A stretch of 64,000 nucleotides of DNA from Candidatus Marinacidobacterales bacterium (GTDB lineage Bacteria > Acidobacteriota > Vicinamibacteria > Marinacidobacterales > DATDRI01), in contig OZ245365.1 in assembly GCA_965226495.1 (NCBI GenBank), positions 2,464,001 through 2,528,000 of the forward strand. The letters run 5' to 3'. Position 1 is the first letter of the stretch. Each line of letters begins with the position of its first letter. A program made the position numbers and the translations under genes. The notes beneath the pieces were generated by a model, which made no database searches, was not told the origin of the DNA, and worked only from the letters and a program-made list of their open reading frames with translations. Shown here piece by piece: positions 30,193 to 39,481 of the stretch.

Positions 30193-30672
30193 CTACTCGA
30201 GCCGTTCGGCAACAAACCAGTTTCCCGTGACAAAGGTGAGCGTCAACTCGTCCCCGTCAAGCGCGTACGTTCCGGTCTCCGGCTCGCCTGTCGGGGGTTG
30301 CTGGATTGGGGAAACCTTGTCACCGGGGCGAATGGCGCTCGCGATCATCACCTTGTACGTCACTTTGTTCCCTGGCCCCATGGTGTATGTTCCCGCGTCG
30401 ACAGTGAGATCGGACAACTCACGTTCCTCGAGCTGGAAGCTCACGTTGATGGAAAAGTGCTTCTCGGTAAATATAAGAATACCCTTGGCCGCATAGTCTT
30501 TGCCTTGGAAATGGTAGGTGACCATGTTCCAGACGCCGCGGAGGTCGTTCCCCGATCCCTGCGCTCCGCCCTCGAGCATTCCGAAACATGGCAGGGCAAA
30601 ACTGGCCCACAGGATGGTGACCAGCGTCGCCTTGACAAGTCGCCTCATTGTGCGTTCCCTGTCGTGATCCAT
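30193..30672 (-). CDS. Secreted lipocalin-like protein
   Basis: LRGVWNMV...GILIFTEKHF...AGTY...GTYALDGDELTL; paralogue of 55685-56107. Confidence 0.7.
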   Translation of the reverse strand: MDHDRERTMRRLVKATLVTILWASFALPCFGMLEGGAQGSGNDLRGVWNMVTYHFQGKDYAAKGILIFTEKHFSINVSFQLEERELSDLTVDAGTYTMGPGNKVTYKVMIASAIRPGDKVSPIQQPPTGEPETGTYALDGDELTLTFVTGNWFVAERLE

Positions 30673-30694
30673 GTCCCCTCCTTTCGATGAAGCT

Positions 30695-30998
30695 AGATAA
30701 CACCCTCCGTGACCAAGAGTCAAAATCGTCTCGTGCTCAAAACAGCTGGCACTTCATAGATGAGCTGGTAGAGGGGGGCAAACAATTCGACATGATGTTC
30801 TACCCCATGCGCAAGCACGGCATATCCGACCGTCCGGCGCGCTCGCCCAAGGATGCCCAGTACTTCCTCAAGTGGATCGATCGGGTGCTGGAGCTTCTCG
30901 AGGCCTCGGACGCGTTCGATACCCCGGCGCAGAAACGAGAGGTTCTTGGCGTTTGGCGAGAAGCCCGCAGTGTTTACGCAGGGCTCGCCGCCGAGTGA
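30695..30998 (+). pseudogene. Chimeric remnant: S9 peptidase C-terminus joined to another hydrolase C-terminus
   Basis: QNSWHFIDELVEGGKQFDMMFYPMRKHGI is followed in frame by RSPKDAQYFLKWIDR...EARSVY. Confidence 0.6.
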
Positions 30999-31061
30999 AC
31001 ACAGCCACTCTACCCGTCCCGCAAAGCACCGACTCTGATGGCGCGGAGGATGTTTGAGGCC

Positions 31062-31105
31062 GTTACCTTTAGTTACTCGGTCCAGAACGAGTAACCAAAG
31101 GTAGC
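31062..31105. repeat. Palindrome-family site B (complete, two arms)
   Basis: GTTACCTTTAGTTACTCGG-TCCAGA-ACGAGTAACCAAAGGTAGC (19-6-19). Confidence 0.9.
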
Positions 31106-31129
31106 GACCTACACGCGGGGTGACGTCCG

Positions 31130-32873
31130 TCAGGGACTGAGCTCGCTAGCCTTTCGTCTGTATGCCACCCGCCCACCGACCATCGCCATCTCGACTTCCA
31201 GAGATCGGATGTCCGCCTCCCGGCAAGTCATGATGTCATCCGATAGGACCACCAGGTCGGCAAGCTTGCCGGGCTCGATAGAGCCGTTGATGTCCTCTTC
31301 GAAGTTGAGGAATGCGTTGTTGAGAGTCATGACGCGCAGAGCCTCTTCTCGGGTTATCTCCTGTTCGGCACCGAACACTCCTCCGCTGATCGTATCTCGC
31401 GTGACGAAGTGATAGATGACGGTCATAGGCGGGTAAGGGATCACGGGAGAATCCGTCCCTCCGGCCACGTGAACACCTTGGTCCAGGTAGAACCGCATGG
31501 GAGTCGTCCAGTCGGCGCGCTTTCGTCCCCAATACTTCTCAAGGCTGGGACCGGCGACGTAGAGATGGTGCTGCGCGGAGACGAAAAGGCCGAGTTTCTT
31601 GATACGTGAGATCTGATCCTCTGCTGGGAGGAAGGCGTGCTCGATACCCCATCGGCGACCGACAATGGACGTCTCCGAATGGGCGGCCTCGTACCCGTCC
31701 AGGACTAGGTCGATGGCGGCGTCCCCGACGGCGTGCGTGGCGACGCGCCAGCCGAGCTCGTTCAACGTCTTGACGATGGACGATGGCGTGGTAGTTTTCC
31801 GTGGGCATCGTCTGAACGCCACGGAACGTCCCGCCCTTGCCCCACGGCTCGGCGTAGGGCTCCCGCAACAAAGCCCCTTCGAAACCACCATCCACGAGAA
31901 GCTTGACTCCGACGATGCGAAGCTCGTGATCCCCCTCGTCGGGTTGGACGCCCCAACCGGTAACGATGTCTTCCACCTCCTCGGGGTTGGTGTCCGGTGG
32001 CATCCACAGGAGCTGACTGATGCGTATCGGGAGCTCTCCGCGACGCTTCATCTCCTGGTGCAAGCGGTAATCTTCAACCGAGCTGCTTCCGTAGCGCACG
32101 CTGGTCACGCCCGCCGAAAGGAGTTTGTTGTAGGCATCGATGCGATCTTGCACTTTCTGCTCGAGACTCCGCTCAGGAGGCTTCGGAAGATCGACGAGAT
32201 CGGTGGCGTTATCGATGAGCTCTCCATTGAGCTCGTTGTCCGGGTAGCGACCGATGCGCCCTCCTTGGGGCTCGACCGTATCGGCCGTGATGCCCCACTG
32301 TTGGAGCGCCTTGCTGTTCAGGATGAGCTCATGGCCTCCCCTCACGACGACTACCGGATTGTCCGGCGCCATTTGATCCAAGTCCCGCCTCAAAGGCAGT
32401 CTCTGCTCCTTGAGCTGGGCTTCGTGCCAATCCGCATTGGTGATGACGAGCTCGCCCGGTGCGCTTTGGGAAGCACGTTCCTGGATTGCGCGGACTACGT
32501 CTGCGAGCGTCCGTGCCTTCGACAGATCCACACCGGGGCCACCGCCTACCGAATGGAAGTGATCGTCCGCCAGTCCCGGGATGACCGTCTTACCCTCCAG
32601 GTCGACGAGCTCGGTCTCGGGTCCCGCGAGAGCTTGGATGGACGCGTTGTCTCCGACCGCCTGGATGCGATCGCCCGTGATAGCCACCGCCTCAGCGTAG
32701 GAGAAGGCGTCATCCACCGTGACGATCTTTCCGCTGTGGAGCACTAAGTCGGGTGGAGAGCCAGGCTCTTTTTGAGCAGAGCACCCAAAGCCCACCAGCC
32801 ACAGTCCGACGAGTCCCGAAAACAGCGCCATACGTCCCAACCACGCTATCCAGGGCCGGCTCTTACGTTTCAT
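31130..32873 (-). pseudogene. Amidohydrolase_3 (YtcJ-like) lipoprotein, frameshifted by a 7-bp duplication
   Basis: FGC lipobox-like, VIPGLADDHFH, THAVGDAA, IEH, GSIEPGKLADLVVL; GACGATG repeated at 31772-31785. Confidence 0.88.
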
Positions 32874-32956
32874 GTTGAACCTCCACCTACAACGCGTCTG
32901 TCTCCATGCCTAACCGGCGCCCGGACCACCTTCCAAGGTGGCGAGCCTGCAGAGCC

Positions 32957-33331
32957 CTACTTCCCTGCCCCGAAGGCTTTCAGCAGCTTCCTAATCTGGT
33001 TACGGCTCACCGGGAGTACTCGGTTAACCGGAGGTTCGAGCTTCACCTCCCAGTCTTCCCTACCCTTCCGGCGTCGGATCTCTTGGATGCGGGCCAGGTT
33101 GACCGCGTGGTTGCGATGGATTCGGAGAAACCCGTAAGGCGTGAATTCCTTTAGAAGAGACCCCAGGGGGCGAACGTCCCGGAGCCGACGTTTGGATCTC
33201 AGGCGAACCAGCGTGTCGTCTCCTACCGCTTCCAGGAAGTAGACGTCGTTCGGATCGACCGGGACGCGGCGGAGCTCGGAGACATTAAGAAGGACCCGAC
33301 CGATACGGCTCATAGCTGTGTCTTTTAGCAT
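32957..33331 (-). CDS. Stand-alone LytTR DNA-binding protein
   Basis: DVYFLEAVGDDTLV, FLRIHRNHAVNLARI, LPVSR; no receiver domain. Confidence 0.9.
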   Translation of the reverse strand: MLKDTAMSRIGRVLLNVSELRRVPVDPNDVYFLEAVGDDTLVRLRSKRRLRDVRPLGSLLKEFTPYGFLRIHRNHAVNLARIQEIRRRKGREDWEVKLEPPVNRVLPVSRNQIRKLLKAFGAGK

Positions 33332-33336
33332 GAGTC

Positions 33337-33386
33337 GCGGTTCTGTGGAACGAGCTGCCGCTCTGCGAGGCTGAGCTGCGGTTCTA
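33337..33386 (+). promoter_or_regulatory. Three direct repeats with 20-21 bp period, LytTR-type binding sites
   Basis: GCGGTTCTG (33337), GCCGCTCTG (33357), GCGGTTCTA (33378) directly upstream of the LytTR gene. Confidence 0.6.
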
Positions 33387-33438
33387 GCTCATGACCTGCG
33401 ACGGCTGTGACTAAAGCAGGAGGAATCGAGCGGTAGTT

Positions 33439-33466
33439 GCTACTTTCGGTAACTCGCCCGGACGAG
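33439..33466 (-). repeat. Palindrome-family site C (inverted; centre 2 nt shorter)
   Basis: Minus strand CTCG-TCCGGG-CGAGTTACCGAAAGTAGC. Confidence 0.75.
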
Positions 33467-33560
33467 ATTTCGAGATACACGCAATTCGCTTCGGACTTGC
33501 CCCCGAATCCTTTGACTTTTCAGTGCGTGCAGAGCTATTTTCACTTTCAAAGGGCTAGCC

Positions 33561-33790
33561 ATGTCATTGATCTCCGGCACCAAGCTGGGTCCCTACGAAG
33601 TCCTGGCACCTCTCGGTGCGGGCGGCATGGGTGAAGTTTACAAAGCCAAGGACACTCGGCTCGATCGTACCGTCGCCATCAAGGTCCTTCCCTCTCATCT
33701 TTCCGATAACCCGCAGCTCAAGGAACGATTCGAGCGAGAAGCTGCGCGGTCTCTAGCCAAGAACCATCCGAACATATGCACTCAGGCGAT
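33561..33790 (+). pseudogene. Ser/Thr kinase N-terminal remnant
   Basis: MSLISGTKLGPYEVLAPLGAGGMGEVYKAKDTRLDRTVAIKVL...NHPNICT, then similarity is lost at the convergent gene. Confidence 0.88.
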
Positions 33791-33798
33791 GGACGCTA

Positions 33799-34845
33799 CT
33801 ATGCTAGCCACACGGGGTTTCCACCCGGATTTCCACCACCGCATGGCCAGGGGCTTTTTGCCATTTCGCCGATCCCCGCGTCGACGAGCCAGAGTTCATC
33901 CTGCACCGTGAACACGAGCTTTCCTCCAGGCTCACGTAGCATTCGGTCCGAGGCGGTTTCAGACAGTGTAGTTTCTCGGTGAAGAACGTGTTTTTCGAGC
34001 GATTCATCCACAACGGAGAGCTCCCCGTTCCGCCAGAAGACCATTTCGCCGCTTGAGGTTACGAATGGATAGGTGGTGCCGAAGCCATCCAGGAGAGGCC
34101 CTTTTCGCATGCCGCCGTCTTGCTGCAGAACACCGACGTGCATGCGGGACGGCTTCCAGTTCTTCTCCTCAACGAGTCGCACCTCGCCGCTCTCACGGAC
34201 GACCCAATCACCATACGTGGCCCACTCGCGTTCAAACCCCTTGCGTGCGTTGTAGAGTTGCGTAGCTTTGTGACTCGGGGATCCGACGAGAAAGCGACCC
34301 GCTCCGACGGTCGCCGCATGGTGCACCGATCGGATTGACGTGTACCACAACATTTCACCGGTTTCCGCGTTCAGGCAATACCAATGTCCGAAGCCACCTC
34401 TCACGGCGGAAAAACCAGCCAACAAGAAACCAGCCGCCACGACAAGCGGCTCAGTCACGAAGTAGAGGGTCCAAGGGTGTTTCGAGTCGTGGCTGTCGAT
34501 CGGTAGCGACGTTGCCCAGCCGCGCTGGGCAACGTCGTCGAGGCGCATCACTCTTGGCTCACGCCACTGATCGAGTTGTGATTGGCATGTGCTTACAATG
34601 AATCCGTCCGGTAGACGCAGAAAACTCGCCAGAGCCTCGCCCGGCCTGAGAAAATCTGCGAGCGAGACGGTACGCCGTGCGTTTGGCCCGATTTCCTGGA
34701 TGGTCCCTTTCAGACTACTTCCAAGCCAAGGACAGGGGTCGGCAGCGGCGCGGATTTCCCATCCGAGCCCCATAATCGATGAATATTCAACGAGGTCGGC
34801 GAGATCAAGGTGCCAAAGACGGTTGCCGTCCGCATCAAAGCACAA
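33799..34845 (-). CDS. PQQ-like beta-propeller hypothetical protein (start uncertain, possibly frameshifted)
   Basis: CFDADGNRLW, YCLNAETGEMLW repeats; C-terminal SPWPCGGGNPGGNP. Confidence 0.55.
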   Translation of the reverse strand: MCFDADGNRLWHLDLADLVEYSSIMGLGWEIRAAADPCPWLGSSLKGTIQEIGPNARRTVSLADFLRPGEALASFLRLPDGFIVSTCQSQLDQWREPRVMRLDDVAQRGWATSLPIDSHDSKHPWTLYFVTEPLVVAAGFLLAGFSAVRGGFGHWYCLNAETGEMLWYTSIRSVHHAATVGAGRFLVGSPSHKATQLYNARKGFEREWATYGDWVVRESGEVRLVEEKNWKPSRMHVGVLQQDGGMRKGPLLDGFGTTYPFVTSSGEMVFWRNGELSVVDESLEKHVLHRETTLSETASDRMLREPGGKLVFTVQDELWLVDAGIGEMAKSPWPCGGGNPGGNPVWLA

Positions 34846-35055
34846 TACGGTTTCAGCAAGGTTTTCGTCTTGGGATACAAGACAGGCGGCTCGACGCGTG
34901 ACATTGAGGCGACGTTCGCGGACGTGCCCGACTGCAACAGCACCAAACCACTCCCGCGCCCTGACAGTTTCACGCGCTTGATCCTCATCAAGCCTCCTCG
35001 GTTTCGATACGGCGCATCGCTTAGTCTCTTAGAATATCTCCGATCCTGGGAGGCA

Positions 35056-35080
35056 GGCGGACCGAGTCACGAAAAGTAAC
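35056..35080 (+). repeat. Palindrome-family site D
   Basis: GGCGGA-CCGAGTCACGAAAAGTAAC. Confidence 0.75.
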
Positions 35081-35138
35081 AGAATGTGGTCACGGGCCTG
35101 GACTCGAACTAGGAGTACCGGAGTCACAATCCGGTGGG

Positions 35139-36059
35139 TTAACCGTTTACCCCCTCTTTCATGGCACTAGCCAGAATTTTGAGGCATTCCGGGGAAACCA
35201 GTCGATACTGAATTACGTTGCGAGCCTCGACTCGGCGGGCAGCGATGACGTCGCAGATGACGAGGTCAGCGGCTTCTAGGTTGCCGGCCGGTTGTTGTGG
35301 CAAGAAATACTCCTGTAGCGTGTGCTGCTGTCCGACAACGGGTGCCAAAACGCCTCGCGCCGTTTGTAGGACAAACTCGCTAATGGAAACCACGGCAATG
35401 GTGGACGGCTCCCGCAACTGGCGGACCCTCTCTAACTGTTCGCTCCCTGAGGAAAACGTGATGGGGATAGCAGGACGATCTTTCGGAACGACCCCGGCAA
35501 TCTTGGAGATGGCACCCCCTGGGCCCACGACCAACGTCCCCATCATCAGTTCATGAGCCGAGGTGAGATCGTCCGGGGAACACGTCTCGACGGGGAAACC
35601 GAGACTTTCTCTAAGCTCTTCCCGGAGCAGGTGGCGGATGCCGCTGTCGTCCGAGACCGCCAACAGATGGTCTGGGCGCTCTGCCATCAAACGCTCTCGC
35701 AGCCGCCGACGAAGTTGCTGAATGCTGTAGCCGGCCTCCTGTGCGGCCTGAAGAGTCTGATTGATCACATCGTCTATATCCTTCAAGTGTGGCGAGGAGG
35801 TCACCTCTCCCGGGGATCTCACCAGCATTCGACTCCCCCGGCGGCGGAGCACGAGATTGTGAGTCTCCAACTCTTGGTACACCTGGCTCACCGTGTTGCG
35901 GTTGATCTCGAGCCTGCGGGCCATGTCCCTGACGCTCGGAAGCGCCTCTCCCGGCTTCCATTTCCTCGTTGCAATCAAGAAAGTGATTTCTGCCACGAGT
36001 TGATCATGGATGGTGACATCGCTTTCCTTGCTGATACGGATGTCGGTCTGGGCAACCAT
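35139..36059 (-). CDS. GntR-family transcriptional regulator
   Basis: KPGEALPSVRDMARRLEINRNTVSQVYQEL...RRRGS. Confidence 0.9.
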   Translation of the reverse strand: MVAQTDIRISKESDVTIHDQLVAEITFLIATRKWKPGEALPSVRDMARRLEINRNTVSQVYQELETHNLVLRRRGSRMLVRSPGEVTSSPHLKDIDDVINQTLQAAQEAGYSIQQLRRRLRERLMAERPDHLLAVSDDSGIRHLLREELRESLGFPVETCSPDDLTSAHELMMGTLVVGPGGAISKIAGVVPKDRPAIPITFSSGSEQLERVRQLREPSTIAVVSISEFVLQTARGVLAPVVGQQHTLQEYFLPQQPAGNLEAADLVICDVIAARRVEARNVIQYRLVSPECLKILASAMKEGVNG

Positions 36060-36232
36060 ACCGGCTGGCCTCCGCGGCGGATCGGGTCCAATCGACCCTT
36101 GGTTGCGGCAATTCTACACGGTCTTTTCGAACGTGACACCTCAGAAACTGTCACATTCCCCGTGGCGTCGTCTCCCCGCCCTGGCTACAGTCAACTACGG
36201 CTTAGTTGGGAGCCCAGAGGGAGGAACAAGCG

Positions 36233-36886
36233 ATGAGGAGCAAGGTGGTTGCGACTTGGAGTTCCATGGCAGCGGTACTGGCACTCGCATCTTCGGCCGA
36301 GGCGAACACCGGCCTGCCGATGCTCTCAATAATGTGGCCGTTCATGATGTTGGCGCTTGTCCCAATTATCGCCATTGAAGCGTACGTGTTGTCCGTAAAA
36401 CTTGCCATGGCGGTCGCACAGGTGTCGCCCGCCGCGTTCGTCGCCAACGCGGTGTCGACCATCGTGGGAGTGCCCGTTGCGTGGTTTCTAATGTTGTTCG
36501 TTCCCGGGATGCAGCGTGTCGCTTGGGTCTTTCCGACGAATGGGTTGTCTATGCCGAAATCTTATTGGCAGGATGCCGGCGCGGCTTTGGCGCTGCTCGT
36601 GCCGTTTTTCTTCGCGTCTTGGTGGATTGAGTACCGCATCGTCATGTACATGATGCCCTGGCTCGAGGCGGCGACGATCAATGCGGCTGTTCTCACTGGA
36701 AACTTGACCACGTATGTGTGCTTGGCGGTGGTCATCGTAGGGCTAACCGTCTGGAGAATTCGGAGTGAGCGACGGCCGAAGCGGAAGAAGACGCGACGGG
36801 CGAGTGGCGAGGCCTCGGAGAATGCGTACGAGGACGAGCGAGCGCCGGTCCTGGAGCCAAGTCATGGCTCTGATACGGTGGGTTAG
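36233..36886 (+). CDS. Hypothetical multi-pass membrane protein
   Basis: GGAGG RBS, several hydrophobic segments, ANAVSTIVG and SWWIEY motifs. Confidence 0.7.
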   Translation: MRSKVVATWSSMAAVLALASSAEANTGLPMLSIMWPFMMLALVPIIAIEAYVLSVKLAMAVAQVSPAAFVANAVSTIVGVPVAWFLMLFVPGMQRVAWVFPTNGLSMPKSYWQDAGAALALLVPFFFASWWIEYRIVMYMMPWLEAATINAAVLTGNLTTYVCLAVVIVGLTVWRIRSERRPKRKKTRRASGEASENAYEDERAPVLEPSHGSDTVG

Positions 36887-37985
36887 TCGTGTTGTGGGAA
36901 TTGTCGCTGCCATCACGGCCGCAGTAGTGTTCGTCAGCGGGCCCGGGGAATTGCCTATGCGTTTGGAAGAGTCAGCCCGAACCGACGGCCGGCCTTCGTC
37001 GTTTCCTCCCCTTGTTTTCGTTCCTGGGTTCAAAGGCAGTGCCTTATCGGATCCGGCAGGTCGCCGGCGTTGGCTCACCGCGTGGCAAGGGTTGGGCCTC
37101 CGCAGTCACGATCTGAGACTGCCGCTCGAATGGCAGGACGACGTGCAGCGGCGTGATCATCTCCTCCCGCCTTCACCGCTCCGCACGGTCGCCCGGCAAA
37201 ACGTCTACGCCCCTTTTCTGGATTGGGCGGTCACATCGGGACGTCGAGTTTGTCCCTTTCCCTATGACTGGCGCCGGGACCAACTCGAAACGACCGACAA
37301 GTTTGTTGAGTTTCTCGAAGGTGTCAGCCAACGGTTCGGGGGAGAGAAGGTACAAATCGTGGGCCATAGCATGGGCGGCCTCATCGGGTTCGTGGCCCTG
37401 AACCGTCGTCCCGATCTTGTTCACAGCGTTTTGTTCGCTGGCGTCCCGTTCGGCCCCCTTACTGGCTTCTTGGAGGATATGCATGCTGGCACTGCGGTCG
37501 GTCTGAACAGACGGATTCTCAGTCCCGAAGTCTTGTTTACGTTCGTGTCCCCCTACTGCCTGTTCTCTCTGACCCCCACCGAGTCGGATTTGGAGGACGA
37601 GAACGGCAACAACATTGTCCACAATTGGTATGCGGCGGCGGACTGGGAGCGACACAAGCTGGGCATTTTCGGGATGCGCGGACCCGCTGAAATAACCGAC
37701 GAGCAGCGTTTGCACCTTCGCAAGGCGCTGGTCCGGGCAGGAGAGTTTAGGTCTCTGTTCGTCCGCAGCAACGAGAAACCTTTCAAATACCCACCGATTG
37801 CGGTACTGGCGAGCGATTCTCGCAAAACGCTTTCCTCGGTGATGAGAGGTGGCCAACATGCGGTAAGAGGCTGGAATTTTCGGGACGCCACGGGTGCGCC
37901 AGGGTCGCAAATGCGCGGTGTCTCCCGCTTCGAGCAGGAAACTCGGCTCCTCGCGTCGCTCTATCTGTCTATTCCATCTCGGTAG
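36864..37985 (+). CDS. LCAT/lipase-like alpha/beta hydrolase, C-terminus possibly truncated
   Basis: VFVPGFKGS, FPYDWRR, VGHSMGG; tail runs into the convergent gene. Confidence 0.75.
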   Translation: MALIRWVSRVVGIVAAITAAVVFVSGPGELPMRLEESARTDGRPSSFPPLVFVPGFKGSALSDPAGRRRWLTAWQGLGLRSHDLRLPLEWQDDVQRRDHLLPPSPLRTVARQNVYAPFLDWAVTSGRRVCPFPYDWRRDQLETTDKFVEFLEGVSQRFGGEKVQIVGHSMGGLIGFVALNRRPDLVHSVLFAGVPFGPLTGFLEDMHAGTAVGLNRRILSPEVLFTFVSPYCLFSLTPTESDLEDENGNNIVHNWYAAADWERHKLGIFGMRGPAEITDEQRLHLRKALVRAGEFRSLFVRSNEKPFKYPPIAVLASDSRKTLSSVMRGGQHAVRGWNFRDATGAPGSQMRGVSRFEQETRLLASLYLSIPSR

Positions 37986-39321
37986 TACTGCCCTCTTCGC
38001 GCTCGGGAACCCTGTTGCCCGCGATCCAAACCGAGTCGATGCTACGCACGTTCTCGATATCCACCAGTGGGTCGGAAGTGAGGACAACGAAATCGGCCCA
38101 CTTCCCCGGCTCGAGCGTTCCCTGCTCGTCCAGCCCCAAGCAACGCGCTGCGTTTCCGGTTGCCGAGAGCAGGATCTGAGTTGGGGTGAGGCCGGCTTCG
38201 GCCATGAGACCCATCTCCAAATGCTCGAAGTAGCCTGGGAAGCGCGAAGGGGGGCCGCTGTCTGTGCCAAACGCGGCCGTGGCTCCTCCATCCACGAGTT
38301 TCTTCAGGTTTTTGGACGCGGTGACCTGAGCCTGCTTATAGGTCTGTGCGGACCGGCTCTCACGAACGCTCTGCTGTCGCGCCGGATCCTTGAGTTGCTC
38401 GATCACGTTTGGATCGGCTTCTTTCAGGAAAAAGGGATCTTCGAAGAAGTCGGGGACGTCTTCATAGACGTAGCTCACGAACTCTCTCACCAGCGTCGGG
38501 GCTTGGCACACGTTGTGCTCCTTGAGCATCGCAATAAATTCTTCATCCACTTCCTGATCGCGGACGCTGTGGGCGAGAAAATCCACGCCAGCATCGAGGA
38601 TTCCCTTGGCGTCTTCTAGGTAATAGAGATGTGCGGTGACCTTGAGGCCGCGTTCGTGCGCTTGATCAATGACGGCGCGGTAGAACTCGGGGGTGGTCTT
38701 TTCCCTCGTGCCCAGGTCGTCATCGATCCGAAGCTTGATGAAATCCACTCCCATATCTGCGAGTTGGTTGACCTGCGCCCTTGCCTTTTCGGGGTCCTGG
38801 CCATCGAGCGCGAATCCGGCCATGAGAAGACGACTCCGGTCGAGCTCCGGAGTTTCCTGGGCGTTACGGACCGCGAAACCAGGCCCCATGAGGGCGGGGT
38901 CCATATGAGCCCCGAGGCTCACAACCGTGGTCACCCCGTACCGCGCGTACAGTGCGAGCTGACTCAGTACGTTCTCCTCCGTGTAATACTCCGGGCTTCG
39001 TTTCAGTCCCTTGACCTCCCCGACGTGAGCATGGGTGACGATGATGCCAGGGATGATCGTTCTCCCGGAGACGTCGACCCGCGCTGCACCGTCCGGGATG
39101 GGAGTCGTTTCCGTGGGGCCAATCGCTTCGATCCTTCCTTCACGCACCACGAGGACGGCGTCATCGACTAGATCGCTGCCGGTGCCGTCGAAGACACTCC
39201 CCCCGACGAACGCGGTAAGCCCTTCGACGGGAGGTGGCTCTTCGGTCGCACAGCCGCCCAACAGGAAGACAGGGAAGAGGGCGAGTCCAAGCGCCGTCAT
39301 GAAAGGATAACGATGAGACAT
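37969..39321 (-). CDS. Amidohydrolase family lipoprotein
   Basis: LLGGC lipobox, IPGIIVTHAH, FGTDSG, GTLEPGKWADFVVL; ATG at 39321. Confidence 0.9.
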   Translation of the reverse strand: MSHRYPFMTALGLALFPVFLLGGCATEEPPPVEGLTAFVGGSVFDGTGSDLVDDAVLVVREGRIEAIGPTETTPIPDGAARVDVSGRTIIPGIIVTHAHVGEVKGLKRSPEYYTEENVLSQLALYARYGVTTVVSLGAHMDPALMGPGFAVRNAQETPELDRSRLLMAGFALDGQDPEKARAQVNQLADMGVDFIKLRIDDDLGTREKTTPEFYRAVIDQAHERGLKVTAHLYYLEDAKGILDAGVDFLAHSVRDQEVDEEFIAMLKEHNVCQAPTLVREFVSYVYEDVPDFFEDPFFLKEADPNVIEQLKDPARQQSVRESRSAQTYKQAQVTASKNLKKLVDGGATAAFGTDSGPPSRFPGYFEHLEMGLMAEAGLTPTQILLSATGNAARCLGLDEQGTLEPGKWADFVVLTSDPLVDIENVRSIDSVWIAGNRVPEREEGSTTEME

Positions 39322-39481
39322 GGCTTCCTCCTTGAATTGAGGCTTCTCTCCGGCCAACGACACTACCATATATGGGAGACGGTGTCGGGTAGGTCGTCGA
39401 GAAGATGGGGGCCCTTCCGATTTGATTCCGCGCCGCAGTCCATATACCTTCTTGTCTCGTTCCAGGGATAGGAGGAAACTC

